This document shows, one piece after another, positions 15,801 to 28,055 of a DNA stretch of 64,000 nt. This DNA is from Macrostomum lignano (Eukaryota): positions 124,001 through 188,000 of the forward strand of contig NIVC01000469.1 of the NCBI GenBank assembly GCA_002269645.1, written 5' to 3'. Numbering within the stretch: position 1 is the first letter of the stretch; each line of letters starts with the position of its first letter. The position numbers were made by a program, and so were the translations under genes. A model generated the notes under the pieces. It saw only the letters and a program-made list of their open reading frames with translations, had not been told where the DNA came from and made no database searches.

Positions 15801-18800
15801 TCCAGCATCAAGGCAGAACATCTGGATGTGTAACGAAAGTCTCTCGGAGACTCCTGGCTCAGATTTTCGCCTAGAAGTGCTGTGGAGTATCTGGTCCACC
15901 TAACCTACAGACACAACTCGAACAGATTTCTGTCTGTTTGAGGCTTTGGATCTCAGAGCCGCCGAGAAAGTTTAGTGCCGAGAATGCTTCAGTTTGTTAG
16001 AATGCAATCAGAACAGATTCCTAGAAAGTGAGCTAGTCCAGCATCAAGGCAGAACATCTGGATGTGTAACGAGAGGCTCTCGGAGATTCCTGGCTCAGAT
16101 TATCGCCTAGAAGTGCTGTAGAATAGCTGGTCCACCTAACCTACAGACACAACTCGAACAGATTTCTCTGTCTGTTTGAGGCTCTGGCTCTCAGAGCCGC
16201 CGAGAAAGTTTAGTGCCGAGAATGCTTCAGTTTGTTAGAATGCAATCAGAACAGATTCCTAGAAAGTGAGCTAGTCCAGCATCAAGGCAGAACATCTGCA
16301 TGTGTAACGAGAGGCTCTCGGAGATTCCTGGCTCAGATTATCGCCTAGAAGTGCTGTAGAATAGCTGGTCCACCTAACCTACAGACACAACTCGAACAGA
16401 TTTCTCTGTCTGTTTGAGGCTCTGGCTCTCAGAGCCGCCGAGAAAGTTTAGTGCCGAGAATGCTTCAGTTTGTTAGAATGCAATCAGAACAGATTCCTAG
16501 AAAGTGAGCTAGTCCAGCATCAAGGCAGAACATCTGCATGTGTAACGAGAGGCTCTCGGAGATTCCTGGCTCAGATTATCGCCTAGAAGTGCTGTAGAAT
16601 AGCTGGTCCACCTAACCTACAGACACAACTCGAACAGATTTCTCTGTCTGTTTGAGGCTCTGGCTCTCAGAGCCGCCGAGAAAGTTTAGTGCCGAGAATG
16701 CTTCAGTTTGTTAGAATGCAATCAGAACAGATTCCTAGAAAGTGAGCTAGTCCAGCATCAAGGCAGAACATCTGGATGTGTAACGAGAGGCTCTCGGAGA
16801 TTCCTGGCTCAGATTATCGCCTAGAAGTGCTTTGGAGTAGCTGGTCCACATAACCTACAGACACAACTGAAGCAGCTCTCTCAGTCTGTTTGAGGCTTTG
16901 GTTCTCAGTAGCTGGTCCACCTAACCTACAGACACAACTCGAACAGATTTCTCTGTCTGTTTAAGGCTCTGGCTCTCAGAGCCGCCGAGAAAGTTTAGTG
17001 CCGAGAATGCTTCAGTTTGTTAGAATGCAATCAGAACAGATTCCTAGAAAGTGAGCTAGTCCAGCATCAAGGTAGAAAATCTGGATGTGTAACGAGAGGC
17101 TCTCGGAGATTCCTGGCTCAGATTATCGCCTAGAAGTGCTGTGGAGTAGCTGGTCCACCTAACCTACAGACACAACTCGAACAGATTTCTCTGTCTGTTT
17201 AGGGCTCTGGCTCTTAGGTGGTCCACATAACCTACAGACACAACTGAAGCAGCTCTCTCAGTCTGTTTGAGGCTTTGGCTCTCAGTAGCTGGTCCACCTA
17301 ACCTACAGACACAACTCGAACAGATTTCTCTGTCTGTTTAAGGCTCTGGCTCTCAGAGCCGCCGAGAAAGTTTAGTGCAGAAAATGCTTCAGTTTGTTAG
17401 AATGCAATCAGAACAGATTCCTAGAAAGTGAGCTAGTCCAGCATCAAGGCAGAACATCTGGATGTGTAACGAAAGTCTCTCGGAGACTCCTGGCTCAGAT
17501 TATCGCCTAGAAGTGCTGTGGAGTAGCTGGTCCACCTAACCTACAGACACAACTCGAACAGATTTCTCTGTCTGTTTGAGGCTCTGGCTCTCAGAGCCGC
17601 CGAGAAAGTTTAGTGCCGAGAATGCTTCAGTTTGTAAGAATGCAATCAGAACAGATTCCTAGAAAGTGAGCTAGTCCAGCATCAAGGCAGAACATCTGGA
17701 TGTGTAACGAGAGGCTCTCGGAGATTCCTGGCTCAGATTATCGCCTAGAAGTGCTGTAGAATAGCTGGTCCACCTAACCTACAGACACAACTCGAACAGA
17801 TTTCTCTGTCTGTTTGAGGCTCTGGATCTCAGAGCCGCCGAGAAAGTTTAGTGCCGAGAATGCTTCAGTTTGTTAGAATGCAATCAGAACATATTCCTAG
17901 AAAGTGAGCTAGTCCAGCATCAAGGCAGAACATCTGGATGTGTAACGAGAGGCTCTCGGAGATTCCTGGCTCAGATTATCGCCTAGAAGTGCTTTGGAGT
18001 AGCTGGTCCACCTAACCTACAGACACAACTCGAACAGATTTCTCTGTCTGTTTGAGGCTCTGGATCTCAGAGCCGCCGAGAAAGTTTAGTGCCGAGAATG
18101 CTTCAGTTTGTTAGAATGCAATCAGAACATATTCCTAGAAAGTGAGCTAGTCCAGCATCAAGGCAGAACATCTGGATGTGTAACGAGAGGCTCTCGGAGA
18201 TTCCTGGCTCAGATTATCGCCTAGAAGTGCTTTGGAGTAGCTGGTCCACCTAACCTACAGACACAACTCGAACAGATTTCTCTGTCTGTTTGAGGCTCTG
18301 GCTCTCAGAGCCGCCGAGAAAGTTTAGTGCCGAGAATGCTTCAGTTTGTTAGAATGCAATCAGAACATATTCCTAGAAAGTGAGCTAGTCCAGCATCAAG
18401 GCAGAACATCTGGATGTGTAACGAGAGGCTCTCGGAGATTCCTGGCTCAGATTATCGCCTAGAAGTGCTTTGGAGTAGCTGGTCCACATAACCTACAGAC
18501 ACAACTGAAGCAGCTCTCTCAGTCTGTTTGAGGCTTTGGTTCTCAGTAGCTGGTCCACCTAACCTACAGACACAACTCGAACAGATTTCTCTGTCTGTTT
18601 AAGGCTCTGGCTCTCAGAGCCGCCGAGAAAGTTTAGTGCCGAGAATGCTTCAGTTTGTTAGAATGCAATCAGAACAGATTCCTAGAAAGTGAGCTAGTCC
18701 AGCATCAAGGTAGAAAATCTGGATGTGTAACGAGAGGCTCTCGGAGATTCCTGGCTCAGATTATCGCCTAGAAGTGCTGTGGAGTAGCTGGTCCACCTAA

Positions 18801-21542
18801 CCTACAGACACAACTCGAACAGATTTCTCTGTCTGTTTAGGGCTCTGGCTCTTAGGTGGTCCACATAACCTACAGACACAACTGAAGCAGCTCTCTCAGT
18901 CTGTTTGAGGCTTTGGCTCTCAGTAGCTGGTCCACCTAACCTACAGACACAACTCGAACAGATTTCTCTGTCTGTTTAAGGCTCTGGCTCTCAGAGCCGC
19001 CGAGAAAGTTTAGTGCAGAAAATGCTTCAGTTTGTTAGAATGCAATCAGAACAGATTCCTAGAAAGTGAGCTAGTCCAGCATCAAGGCAGAACATCTGGA
19101 TGTGTAACGAAAGTCTCTCGGAGACTCCTGGCTCAGATTATCGCCTAGAAGTGCTTTGGAGTAGCTGGTCCACCTAACCTACAGACACAACTCGAACAGA
19201 TTTCTCTGTCTGTTTGAGGCTCTGGCTCTTAGAGCCGCCGAGAAAGTTTAGTGCCGAGAATGCTTCAGTTTGTAAGAATGCAATCAGAACAGATTCCTAG
19301 AAAGTGAGCTAGTCCAGCATCAAGGCAGAACATCTGGATGTGTAACGAGAGGCTCTCGGAGATTCCTGGCTCAGATTATCGCCTAGAAGTGCTGTAGAAT
19401 AGCTGGTCCACCTAACCTACAGACACAACTCGAACAGATTTCTCTGTCTGTTTGAGGCTCTGGATCTCAGAGCCGCCGAGAAAGTTTAGTGCCGAGAATG
19501 CTTCAGTTTGTTAGAATGCAATCAGAACATATTCCTAGAAAGTGAGCTAGTCCAGCATCAAGGCAGAACATCTGGATGTGTAACGAGAGGCTCTCGGAGA
19601 TTCCTGGCTCAGATTATCGCCTAGAAGTGCTTTGGAGTAGCTGGTCCACCTAACCTACAGACACAACTCGAACAGATTTCTCTGTCTGTTTGAGGCTCTG
19701 GATCTCAGAGCCGCCGAGAAAGTTTAGTGCCGAGAATGCTTCAGTTTGTTAGAATGCAATCAGAACATATTCCTAGAAAGTGAGCTAGTCCAGCATCAAG
19801 GCAGAACATCTGGATGTGTAACGAGAGGCTCTCGGAGATTCCTGGCTCAGATTATCGCCTAGAAGTGCTTTGGAGTAGCTGGTCCACCTAACCTACAGAC
19901 ACAACTCGAACAGATTTCTCTGTCTGTTTGAGGCTCTGGCTCTCAGAGCCGCCGAGAAAGTTTAGTGCAGAAAATGCTTCAGTTTGTTAGAATGCAATCA
20001 GAACAGATTCCTAGAAAGTGAGCTAGTCCAGCATCAAGGTAGAACATCTGGATTTGTAACGAGAGGCTCTCGGAGATTCCTGGCTCAGATTATCGCCTAG
20101 AAGTGCTGTGGAGTAGCTGGTCCACCTAACCTACAGACACAACTCGAACAGATTTCTCTGTCTGTTTGAGGCTCTGGATCTCAGAGCCGCCGAGAAAGTT
20201 TAGTGCCGAGAATGCTTCAGTTTGTTAGAATGCAATCAGAACATATTCCTAGAAAGTGAGCTAGTCCAGCATCAAGGCAGAACATCTGGATGTGTAACGA
20301 GAGGCTCTCGGAGATTCCTGGCTCAGATTATCGCCTAGAAGTGCTTTGGAGTAGCTGGTCCACCTAACCTACAGACACAACTCGAACAGATTTCTCTGTC
20401 TGTTTGAGGCTCTGGATCTGAGGTGGTCCACATAACCTACAGACACAACTGGAACAGATTTCTGTGTCTGTTTGATTGTCAGTTAATTTTATTTTCTACC
20501 TTTGTAGGAGCCTGTGGTTGATTTTGTTCGCCTGAGCTCGACGAGACTGACTGCGTTTCACCGAGATGAAGGTTAAAACGAACTGTAAAAGAAGATTTAA
20601 ACCACTAATTGACGAGAAATATAGAAAGGTTCATCATAGAGCTGAGCTGACGAAAGTGGATTCGATGGCTGAGTAAGCTGAAATTCGTGAGAGAGGCAAT
20701 GACAGATCAATAACAGAAGCGGTCCCGGACCACGGAGGCAGGAAAAGTCCAGGAGAATATTTCGTAGAAAAAATAAGAAGATTAAGCCATCATCTGCGTG
20801 AACGAAAAGATGAAAGTCGGTAAAATGATTGGCTTATCATATGATTGCTCACCAACTCATTCAGTATAATAGGACTGATGTAGTCAAATCAATTTAATTT
20901 CAGTTTTAGTAACTTTTGTCGTTATTAAAAATGCCCTTCAACTTCTTGTAGGCTCGTACTCGGATGACCTTTTTAACTAATGGAATCTTACGTTTGTTAA
21001 CATGTATTTGAAGCATACATTTTGACCTAAATTAGTTTTAATGAGTTTACAGTTAGTATTTGATATGATTCTGTATTTATTTTCAAAATGCTTTATTTTC
21101 ATTCACCTTCTTGTATTCACGCGACGCAACTAACTAATGCGATCGTACATTTGTTTAACCCGATTAACCCGATTAGTAATGCTAAATAAATTGGTTTGAA
21201 CTTGGGATATTTTCATTAAATGACGTCGTAACCCTTTTATCTGTTCTTTTTGAGAATTTCTGTTTTAATTAGTTCAAAAGAACAGTTTAAAGCAATAAAT
21301 TTTCTACAACGAAAGAGGTCTAACTAAACCAACTGTTTTTTTGCGGTCCACCTAACCCGGTCCCCAAAACGTAGTTAGTGAACCACCACAGTTTCCCCGA
21401 ACTGGCTATTCCGTCAAGTTAACAAAAAGATAACCCTAGCTAGCCTTTCGCGTTGTCAAAACAGACTCTATTTTTTAACCGGAATTGCGTGGTCCACGTA
21501 ACGCATTAACATAACTCAGGTCCCGCTAAACACACAGACAGT
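9860..21542. mobile_element. Putative non-autonomous TIR (foldback-like) DNA element carrying an internal satellite
   Basis: 9860-9884 and 21518-21542 are inverted repeats (21/25, outer 16 bp perfect). Both ends carry clusters of GGTCC-N3-TAA(A/C)C-type motifs. No transposase ORF. TSD not confirmed (TA on the left, TC on the right). Confidence 0.55.
11606..20474. repeat. Satellite of 238-bp monomers interspersed with ~68-71-bp short monomers, higher-order organised
   Basis: About 48 copies (counted by eye) of GGTCCAC(C/A)TAACCTACAGACACAAC. Long-unit period is 238 bp (e.g. 12528, 12766, 13004). Short A and B units recur at about 11915/11982, 13240/13307, 15040/15107, 17150/17217 and 18789/18857. 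Confidence 0.97.
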
Positions 21543-23138
21543 CGTAAGAGTGTCTGTCTGTCTGTCTGTTTGCCCGGCTGCCCGCTCTTTGCCTTGTGCA
21601 GGTTGAGATAAGGGAGTGCTAGATAGATAGAAGAGAGGCCATGAGAGACGCGTGGAGATGCTGAGATAGAGCTGATGAAATGTGACTGACAGCGCATTAA
21701 CGCGAGCTGTATCTGGGTTACCCTCCGGCGCTCCCGGTGGGCAGCTGGCAGGACTGGCATTCGCGTGATAGCGCTGAGAGAGAAGCGCGGGGTGAGGGTT
21801 GCGAAAGACAGTGGCTGGGCAAGAAGACTGTGTAAGGACTTTTAGCGGCGCAGTCGGGTCTAAATCACTTCTGCGGAAGTCGGTTGCGGGGCACTTCTAT
21901 ATAATTAATTCTCGCAGACACAAGCAGGCACGGTAAACACACTGTACTAACTATTAGTATAAATCTGCTGATTTTTCACACATTGTACAGCGGCATATTA
22001 AGCCTTAGCCTCAATAATCATGAGAAGAAATGTTCTTTACAAATCAATTTTTACTGCTCAAATAGGATAGAATGCATATCCATATTCACGATCGGTCGAA
22101 GAAGATTTTAGATTCAGTCGAGCTTTTCTGTCATCGAAGCTCCGTTGAATGAGGCATCAATTAGAAATGTCTGTAATTAAAGCTCATTTCCTCTCCCCCG
22201 GGAGGAGGGGCAGAATTCGAAGAAAACGGCAAAACCGCATTGCGCTCCCGACTCCGTTCTATTCCGCAGCGGATGAAGAAGGCCCTTCTTCCGGCCCGCG
22301 TCTCCGGCCCGGGTTCCTCCGCGCCTATTTGCATAATCTGAAAGAAGAAAGTTACAGACTGGGGGAAGAAAACTGACAAAGGCCAATGCTATGCCTTCCT
22401 TCCATTGTAAGTCTGCATGCTGCGATGAATTATGGTTCGCAGAAATTAAAGATCTAATTAGTTTGCCCCATTAATTTGGCTGCGGCTTGCCGGGTCTTCT
22501 TGCCCGATGGGACTTACCAAATCCAGCTTCTCCGCCTCACTTGCTCCAAGAAAAAATTCATCTTTGAAGCACTTTTCGTTTCGGGTTATTTTTAAACAAA
22601 GACGAAGAAGTCTTTGGTCTGGTTATTTACAGAATAGCTTGGTTTTGAGCTGCTCACCTCCTTGTGGTGCCAAGCGGGCAGTTGGTCATGTGACCTGTTC
22701 GCTCAAGGAGAGAGGGGTCACATCCGCAATATTGATCTCGCGCTGTGAACATCTGGCGAACAACTCCGACTCACGACTCACGATGCACCTCCTCAAACAT
22801 CATCCTAGTGAAATGCTCGCCGGGTTACAAAGGTCGGGAGGTTGCAGCTTGAGTAGCTTCATGCCTAACTGCGATAACAGGGCCCCAAGAGTTGCAGCCG
22901 TCAGATTAGAGTAGCTTGCAGAGTGCCACGAGTCACGGCGAGAAAAAGCGAGAGGCGAGACAAGACTTACAGAATGGTATTTTCTATATTTTTCTGTGAG
23001 CCGACAGCGCGCGAACTTCGAGTTTAAACAATGCTATTTTATAGTAGACACAATTCAACGAGCTTGACAGCAGGGCAGTGGCGTTGAAGTTTTCCGCGAA
23101 GCCATGGCTTTGCGGAATAGTCGAATCAACGCAGACGA

Positions 23139-23728
23139 TCACTGCTTGGTTTCCGCCGACATTCGCTGCGCTCCGAACGGGTCCTCGCAGTTGCGGCTTC
23201 GCGAGAGACTTCTTGAACCGTGGCCTCCAGTCGCTGCGGCTGCTGCGGCGGCTGCTGCTGCTCCCCCGGCCGCGGCTGCGGCCTTGCCGCTGCAACTGCT
23301 GCCGCCGCCTCCGCCGCTGCCACTGACGGCTGCGCCGCCGGCCTCCGCGGGCGCCCGGAGCTGCAGTCGAATTGCTTGGCCCTCGCCAGCGGCTGCAGCC
23401 TCCATCTCTACCCTTCGGCGGGCTGCGGAGCGTCTGGCGCCGCCCCGATGGCAGACGATGACGCAGTGCCGGTTGCCGCGGCCCCGTCGGCAGGCTCGCA
23501 TCATGATGCTGCGGAATGCGCGGCGGAACTTGAGCGACATCAAGTTGTAGAGGATCGGGTTCACGATTGACGAGCCGAAGAACAGCAGGCCGGAGATGTG
23601 GAACAGGTTCTGGTTGACCCACGTGGCCACGCAGGACTGGCAGTAGGCGTCCTTGGAGACCACGTCAGCCAGAATGCGGGACAGGTGAAACGGAGCGTAG
23701 CAGATGAAGAAGGCAAGAACGATGCCCA
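23139..23728 (-). CDS. PRXamide-type GPCR, exon 3 (TM6, TM7, Ala/Gly-rich C-tail)
   Basis: TTCCAG|TG acceptor (phase 1) gives V-GIVLAFFICYAPFHLSR and NPILYNLMSLKFRRAF; TGA stop at 23139. The spliced CDS of 1365 nt is in frame (454 aa). Confidence 0.9.
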
Positions 23729-24256
23729 CTGGAATTTCGGTTAGAGGATGGATTTTGACTCAACTGTCTCTGCTGTGACAGAAATTTGAACCTAAAACAC
23801 GAGGACCAACTGTACAAACTGGATGAATTCACTTTATCCTATTTTCTTCCCCATTTTACACTGCTTCGTAAAAAACCTTTTTGTGCGTCTACAAGGTCCA
23901 GGTAAACAGTTGCTTCATACAGTGGGAGACTGCCGCCCCCTCCCGAAAATCCTACGAAGTACCTCGACCCTCCGCGTACCCAATCTCTTTGCCACTCTGC
24001 GCTGGTTTTCTGTTGCTTTTCGAATTCCCATCAGCAAGCGAGATGGGAAAAAAGCTGTTCGGCAATTCTCTCTCCCAGCCTCTCTAGTTGCTCTCAGCTG
24101 CATTGAGGCCAGAAATCTATAGTTAGAAGCGATCCAAGTAGGGTACTGCTTTAGCCTGCGCATTCCAAAGTTACTCCTAGCCAGCAGAGCCAAACAAATT
24201 AGTGGAGTCAATATTTTTTTATCCAACGTGTTTGAACCTTTCGTGGGCCATCATAA

Positions 24257-24377
24257 TGGCATCCCAGCAACTCCCCATTGAGCCAATTGGCATCTCAGCA
24301 ACTCCCCATTGAGCCAATTGGCATCTCAGCAACTCCTCATTGAGCGAATTGGCATCAGCAACTCCTCATTGAGCCAG
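24257..24377. repeat. 31-bp tandem repeat, ~4 copies, in GPCR intron 2
   Basis: TGGCATCTCAGCAACTCCCCATTGAGCCAAT repeated, with decay. Confidence 0.85.
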
Positions 24378-25656
24378 AAAAGTGCGCATTTCAAGAAATT
24401 GGACGTCTAATGAACGAACTAAAAGCAGTGAGCCGGTGACAGAGAACAAGATGAAGCTGCCGCAAAATCCACTGTTGACAGTAACTACTAGTTGTCAAAG
24501 GCGTACGAATGCGACTTCATTTATGAAGATTGACTGCAGTTTTCTTCCTCTATTCAGTCTTCATTCTCGCCAAAGCTAGACTTAAAAAGCACACCGGATG
24601 TATGCCTGGGGTTTTTTGCAGCGTCAACACTTTAAAAATATCCAGGTCCTGTTGGTAGTGGTACAAAACTGACTAGCTTGGGCTGGCAAGTAGTGCGCAT
24701 TCGGACAAAACTTTTAGCCAAGGTTGGTACGAAGGCTGCTGCAAAAGTTTCTGGACTGCGTCTACTGTGTGAAAAACAGGAATGTCTAAATGAGCTGAGA
24801 TTTTAGCCGCAACTCCTTGCACATCTGCTCTACTGAATGGAATTGTAAAAATGCACGCATGGGTTTCTTAAAATTCACTATCACTGTCACTGTCCCTGCC
24901 GTTGACATGCCAGACTAAAGTGCCATTGGCTCTCCTTTGATCCCATAGTGCGAAGGAGTTTTCGGTCAATACACTGCTACGTTTGGGTGACTGAAAAATC
25001 AGCAGCTTAAAAGTGCACAAGTTGCTGTGTGCCTCGCCCACAGATTCTTTATTACCTCCGATGAGTCAATTCTAGCATTCGCTATTGTATTTAGCGGCCG
25101 TCCCCGAGGCCCCGAAAACCCAGGGGTTAGGGCCACAGACACCAGCTGCTGCTGCTAATGTCTTGAGAGCAGCAGAGGCTATAGTCTATGGTCAAAACCC
25201 CGGGGTGTTCGCGCTGACGCCAGGCGGGTGGAGTGGCCCATCTAGGCAATATACGCTCGTAGAATCTGTGACCTCGCCTGCACTGCATTCGCTTGACTTC
25301 TCATCGTTTTCCCTACGATTTTCAATCAGCAAGTTGTCTATGGCAAACATCGTTTATAGAACCCATGCGTACATATTTAGAATTTTTATAAGTTTAGCTG
25401 CAGCATATCGAATTCTTCTGCAGTTTCACAATTCAGTAGAGCAGCTGTACAAAGAGTTGCCTCTAAAAGTTCAACTCTTTTAGTAGACATTCCTGTTGTT
25501 CACTGGTCGGTAAACGCAGTCCGGAAACCTTTGCAGGTTTCTGAGACAGATGCGTCCTGCGATGTCATCATAAACATCCCCATATGGTTATGATTAACAT
25601 AATGAAATGTAGTGAATCTGTGAACATTTAAGACGTTGCCCGCCACTGCAACTCAC

Positions 25657-25900
25657 CGAGCAATTTGAGAAGCGTCTTCCTGCCCTGCGCTTTTTGCACA
25701 GCCCGCCGATCGAAGCTGGCATTGCTGTGGCCCGACCCGGCGGAGTCTTTGCGCTGTTTGAGCGACCGGTGGACGGCAGCGCCGATGCGGACGTACATGT
25801 ACAAGATGATAATCATCGGGCAGACGAACAGCAGCAGAGAGGACACCAGGAATGAGTAGGCAATCCGCTTTGGCTTCACAACTTCGCACATTCGAGAGTT
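25657..25900 (-). CDS. PRXamide-type GPCR, exon 2 (ECL2 Cys, TM5, ICL3)
   Basis: NSRMCEVVKPKRIAYSFLVSSLLLFVCPMIIILYMYVRIG...KTLLKLL. Donor G|GTGAGT, phase 1. The acceptor CTGCAG was chosen for phase 0 and its exact position is uncertain. Confidence 0.8.
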
Positions 25901-26622
25901 CTGCAGCACCCTGGGGCTGAACTGAGTTGAGGTGTCGTTTCTAACCAGAACCTGACGGTGTGTTTCATAATAAATATTTGTTCCTGTTTTCCAGGTTGCT
26001 GTTGATACGATTGAACAAAACATTCCTTTCACGATGAAATGGAAATATTTATGAGCATTCGGATTATCTTGACTAAGTAAAAAAGGGGCTGCTTTTGATG
26101 AAATATGGTTGAATAATTATTGCAGTTGCAGCGGTGGGACATGCTGATAAAACGAATTCGAAGCTCTTCTCAATAAAATATTTAGAAACTATATCTTAAC
26201 AAAATTCGAACAGAGCTGCAAAAGAATAGTTAATTTCGGCTGTTATTTAACTGCCCTGTCGTTCATGACACAGCTAATAAATTTTACTGCCGTCTTTACA
26301 TTCTGGACTAGGAGCAACTTGTCTGCTTTTTCTTCATTTATTATTTATCCCAAGCTGTGCGCCGAAAAGCTATGAAACAATGTTCCTTCAGGTTCTGAAC
26401 CAGAGCTATTCAAAAGCAGTTGAGTAGCAAAGTGCAGCAAAGGGTTTCATTGTGTTTCTGTATAGTGTGGAGTGGATTTGTTTCTTAATGCATCCTACAG
26501 AATCCAATTGTGTCCACTGGGGCAGTTCTCTTAGGAAATTTAGGATGCAGAATACGGGAAGCTGTGAGGGATTTAGGAACCGTACATTACAAGTAAGCTA
26601 CACGTAGGGGGCTCAAATTCAC

Positions 26623-27153
26623 CTCAAATCCAAGCTGCGAGCTCATGACGGTCGATAAGCAGGCCGATGCCACCCAGATGCTAGCGATAACCTTCACCGG
26701 TCTGGCTAGGCCTCGGCCTCTGCGCACCTTCATGGGGTGGCAGATGGCGCAGTACCGTTCGGCCGTGAGCGCGGTGACCGTGAGCGTGGAGCAGTAGGTG
26801 CACATCTCGGCCAGGAAGCCGGACCCGACGCACATGGCCAGGCTGTTAGGGAAGGGGTACCGGTGCCAGTGCGTGAGCAGCTCGTACGGCAGCCGGGACA
26901 CCAGCACTACCAAGTCTGAGACGCTCAAATTGAACAGGTAGAAATTGGTGGCAGTTCTCATAAATTGGGTGCGCGCAATCACTAGGCAGGTTATTAAATT
27001 GCCAAACAGGCCGAGAGCAAAGATGACGGCCAGAGCGGTGGTCAGGGCGGTCAGCTGAGGCAGCGTGTAGGTGGTCGGCTGCCCCCACTGCTGCTCAATG
27101 CACTGCTTGTCAGTGGCATTGTCGTCGCACGCGCAAGACTGATACGAAATCAT
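26623..27153 (-). CDS. PRXamide-type (neuromedin U / capa / pyrokinin-like) neuropeptide GPCR, exon 1 (TM1-TM4)
   Basis: GLFGNLITCLVI, MRTATNFYLFNLSVSDL, LTAERYCAICHP (ERY motif). ATG at 27153; GAG|GTGAAT donor, phase 0. Confidence 0.9.
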
Positions 27154-27800
27154 TGCGCCAAAGTTTTAAACAAAAAACACGAGAACCAAAGCTGCTGGCT
27201 GCTTGCTGCTAGACTTCTTACTGTGGCTGTTCCAGTTTTACTCTTTTTCAGCAGTTCCTTACCCCCCCCCCTCTCCTAGAAGAACCGCTCCCGTCCTTCC
27301 AGCTGTGAGAGCCAATCAGTGACGGTGGGCTGACACGGGGATGGGAAGGGATGTAAAATATGGCTGCAGCCAGAGCTGCTCTGAGAGAAATCGCTGTTAA
27401 ATAAATCTGGCGAGAAAAAGTTTCTAAATATCCGCTCGGGTCCACCACTTTCCCTCCCAACTCTTTCAGACTTCAGTGAGCCGAGACCGCTCAGCCCCCC
27501 TGCCTCTCTTAAGTAGATGAGGAAGCGAGTGAATGAATCCGAAATAGTCTGCAATTCTGTTCCCATATCTGGTCAGCTCATTCTCTTCGGGCACTGCTGG
27601 GATCTTGTTTCACTCTTGGACTCACTCTGGAACCTCTTTTTTTGACTTATTGTTGTTGTACCAGCGTAATGCACCCTTGGCGGCACGTGTCTTCTATTCG
27701 GTATCAAAGCAATTATCCTATAAACCATTCCCAGTGTTTGCCAACTGAAATTCCAGGATTTTCTTTACAATTTCTCTCCCATGTCATATTTTTCTAATGC

Positions 27801-28055
27801 CAGTGCGTTGCCACCGGGGGGACAGGGGGGGACATGTCCCCCCCAGAAAAAGCTATGGGGAACATGCCAATGTTTTGTCCCCCCACCCCACCTTGTAATC
27901 CGTTGGGAAAATCAACAATTTTTCTTCAGACGCCAAAATATAGCGCCTTTGGCGCTGAAATGAGTTGCCTACGGCGCCAAAATGAGCACTGACAACACAG
28001 ATTCTCAAAATGATGCACATCTTGGCTTTGCTCCCCCCATCTTAAAATCCATGGC
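27801..28055. mobile_element. Possible degenerate MITE (hAT-like CAGTG start, G/C-run subterminal blocks)
   Basis: Starts CAGTGCGTTGCCACCGGGGGGACAGGGGGGACATGTCCCCCCC and ends CCCCCCATCTTAAAATCCATGGCGATTCCC. The layout resembles common invertebrate MITEs, but the TIR match is poor. Confidence 0.3.

Noticed and set aside
11606-20474. CRISPR array interpretation of the ~26-bp repeat plus spacer pattern
   Set aside because: The spacers are near-identical copies rather than unique sequences, most are far too long, there are no cas genes, and the context is a spliced eukaryotic genome.
11606-20474. Hammerhead ribozyme or spliced-leader RNA in the satellite monomer
   Set aside because: No CTGANGA...GAAA core on either strand of the monomer, and I could not recognise an SL/Sm-site layout.
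21895-21910. TATA-like CTATATAA downstream of the TIR element
   Set aside because: No Initiator or downstream coding exon could be tied to it.
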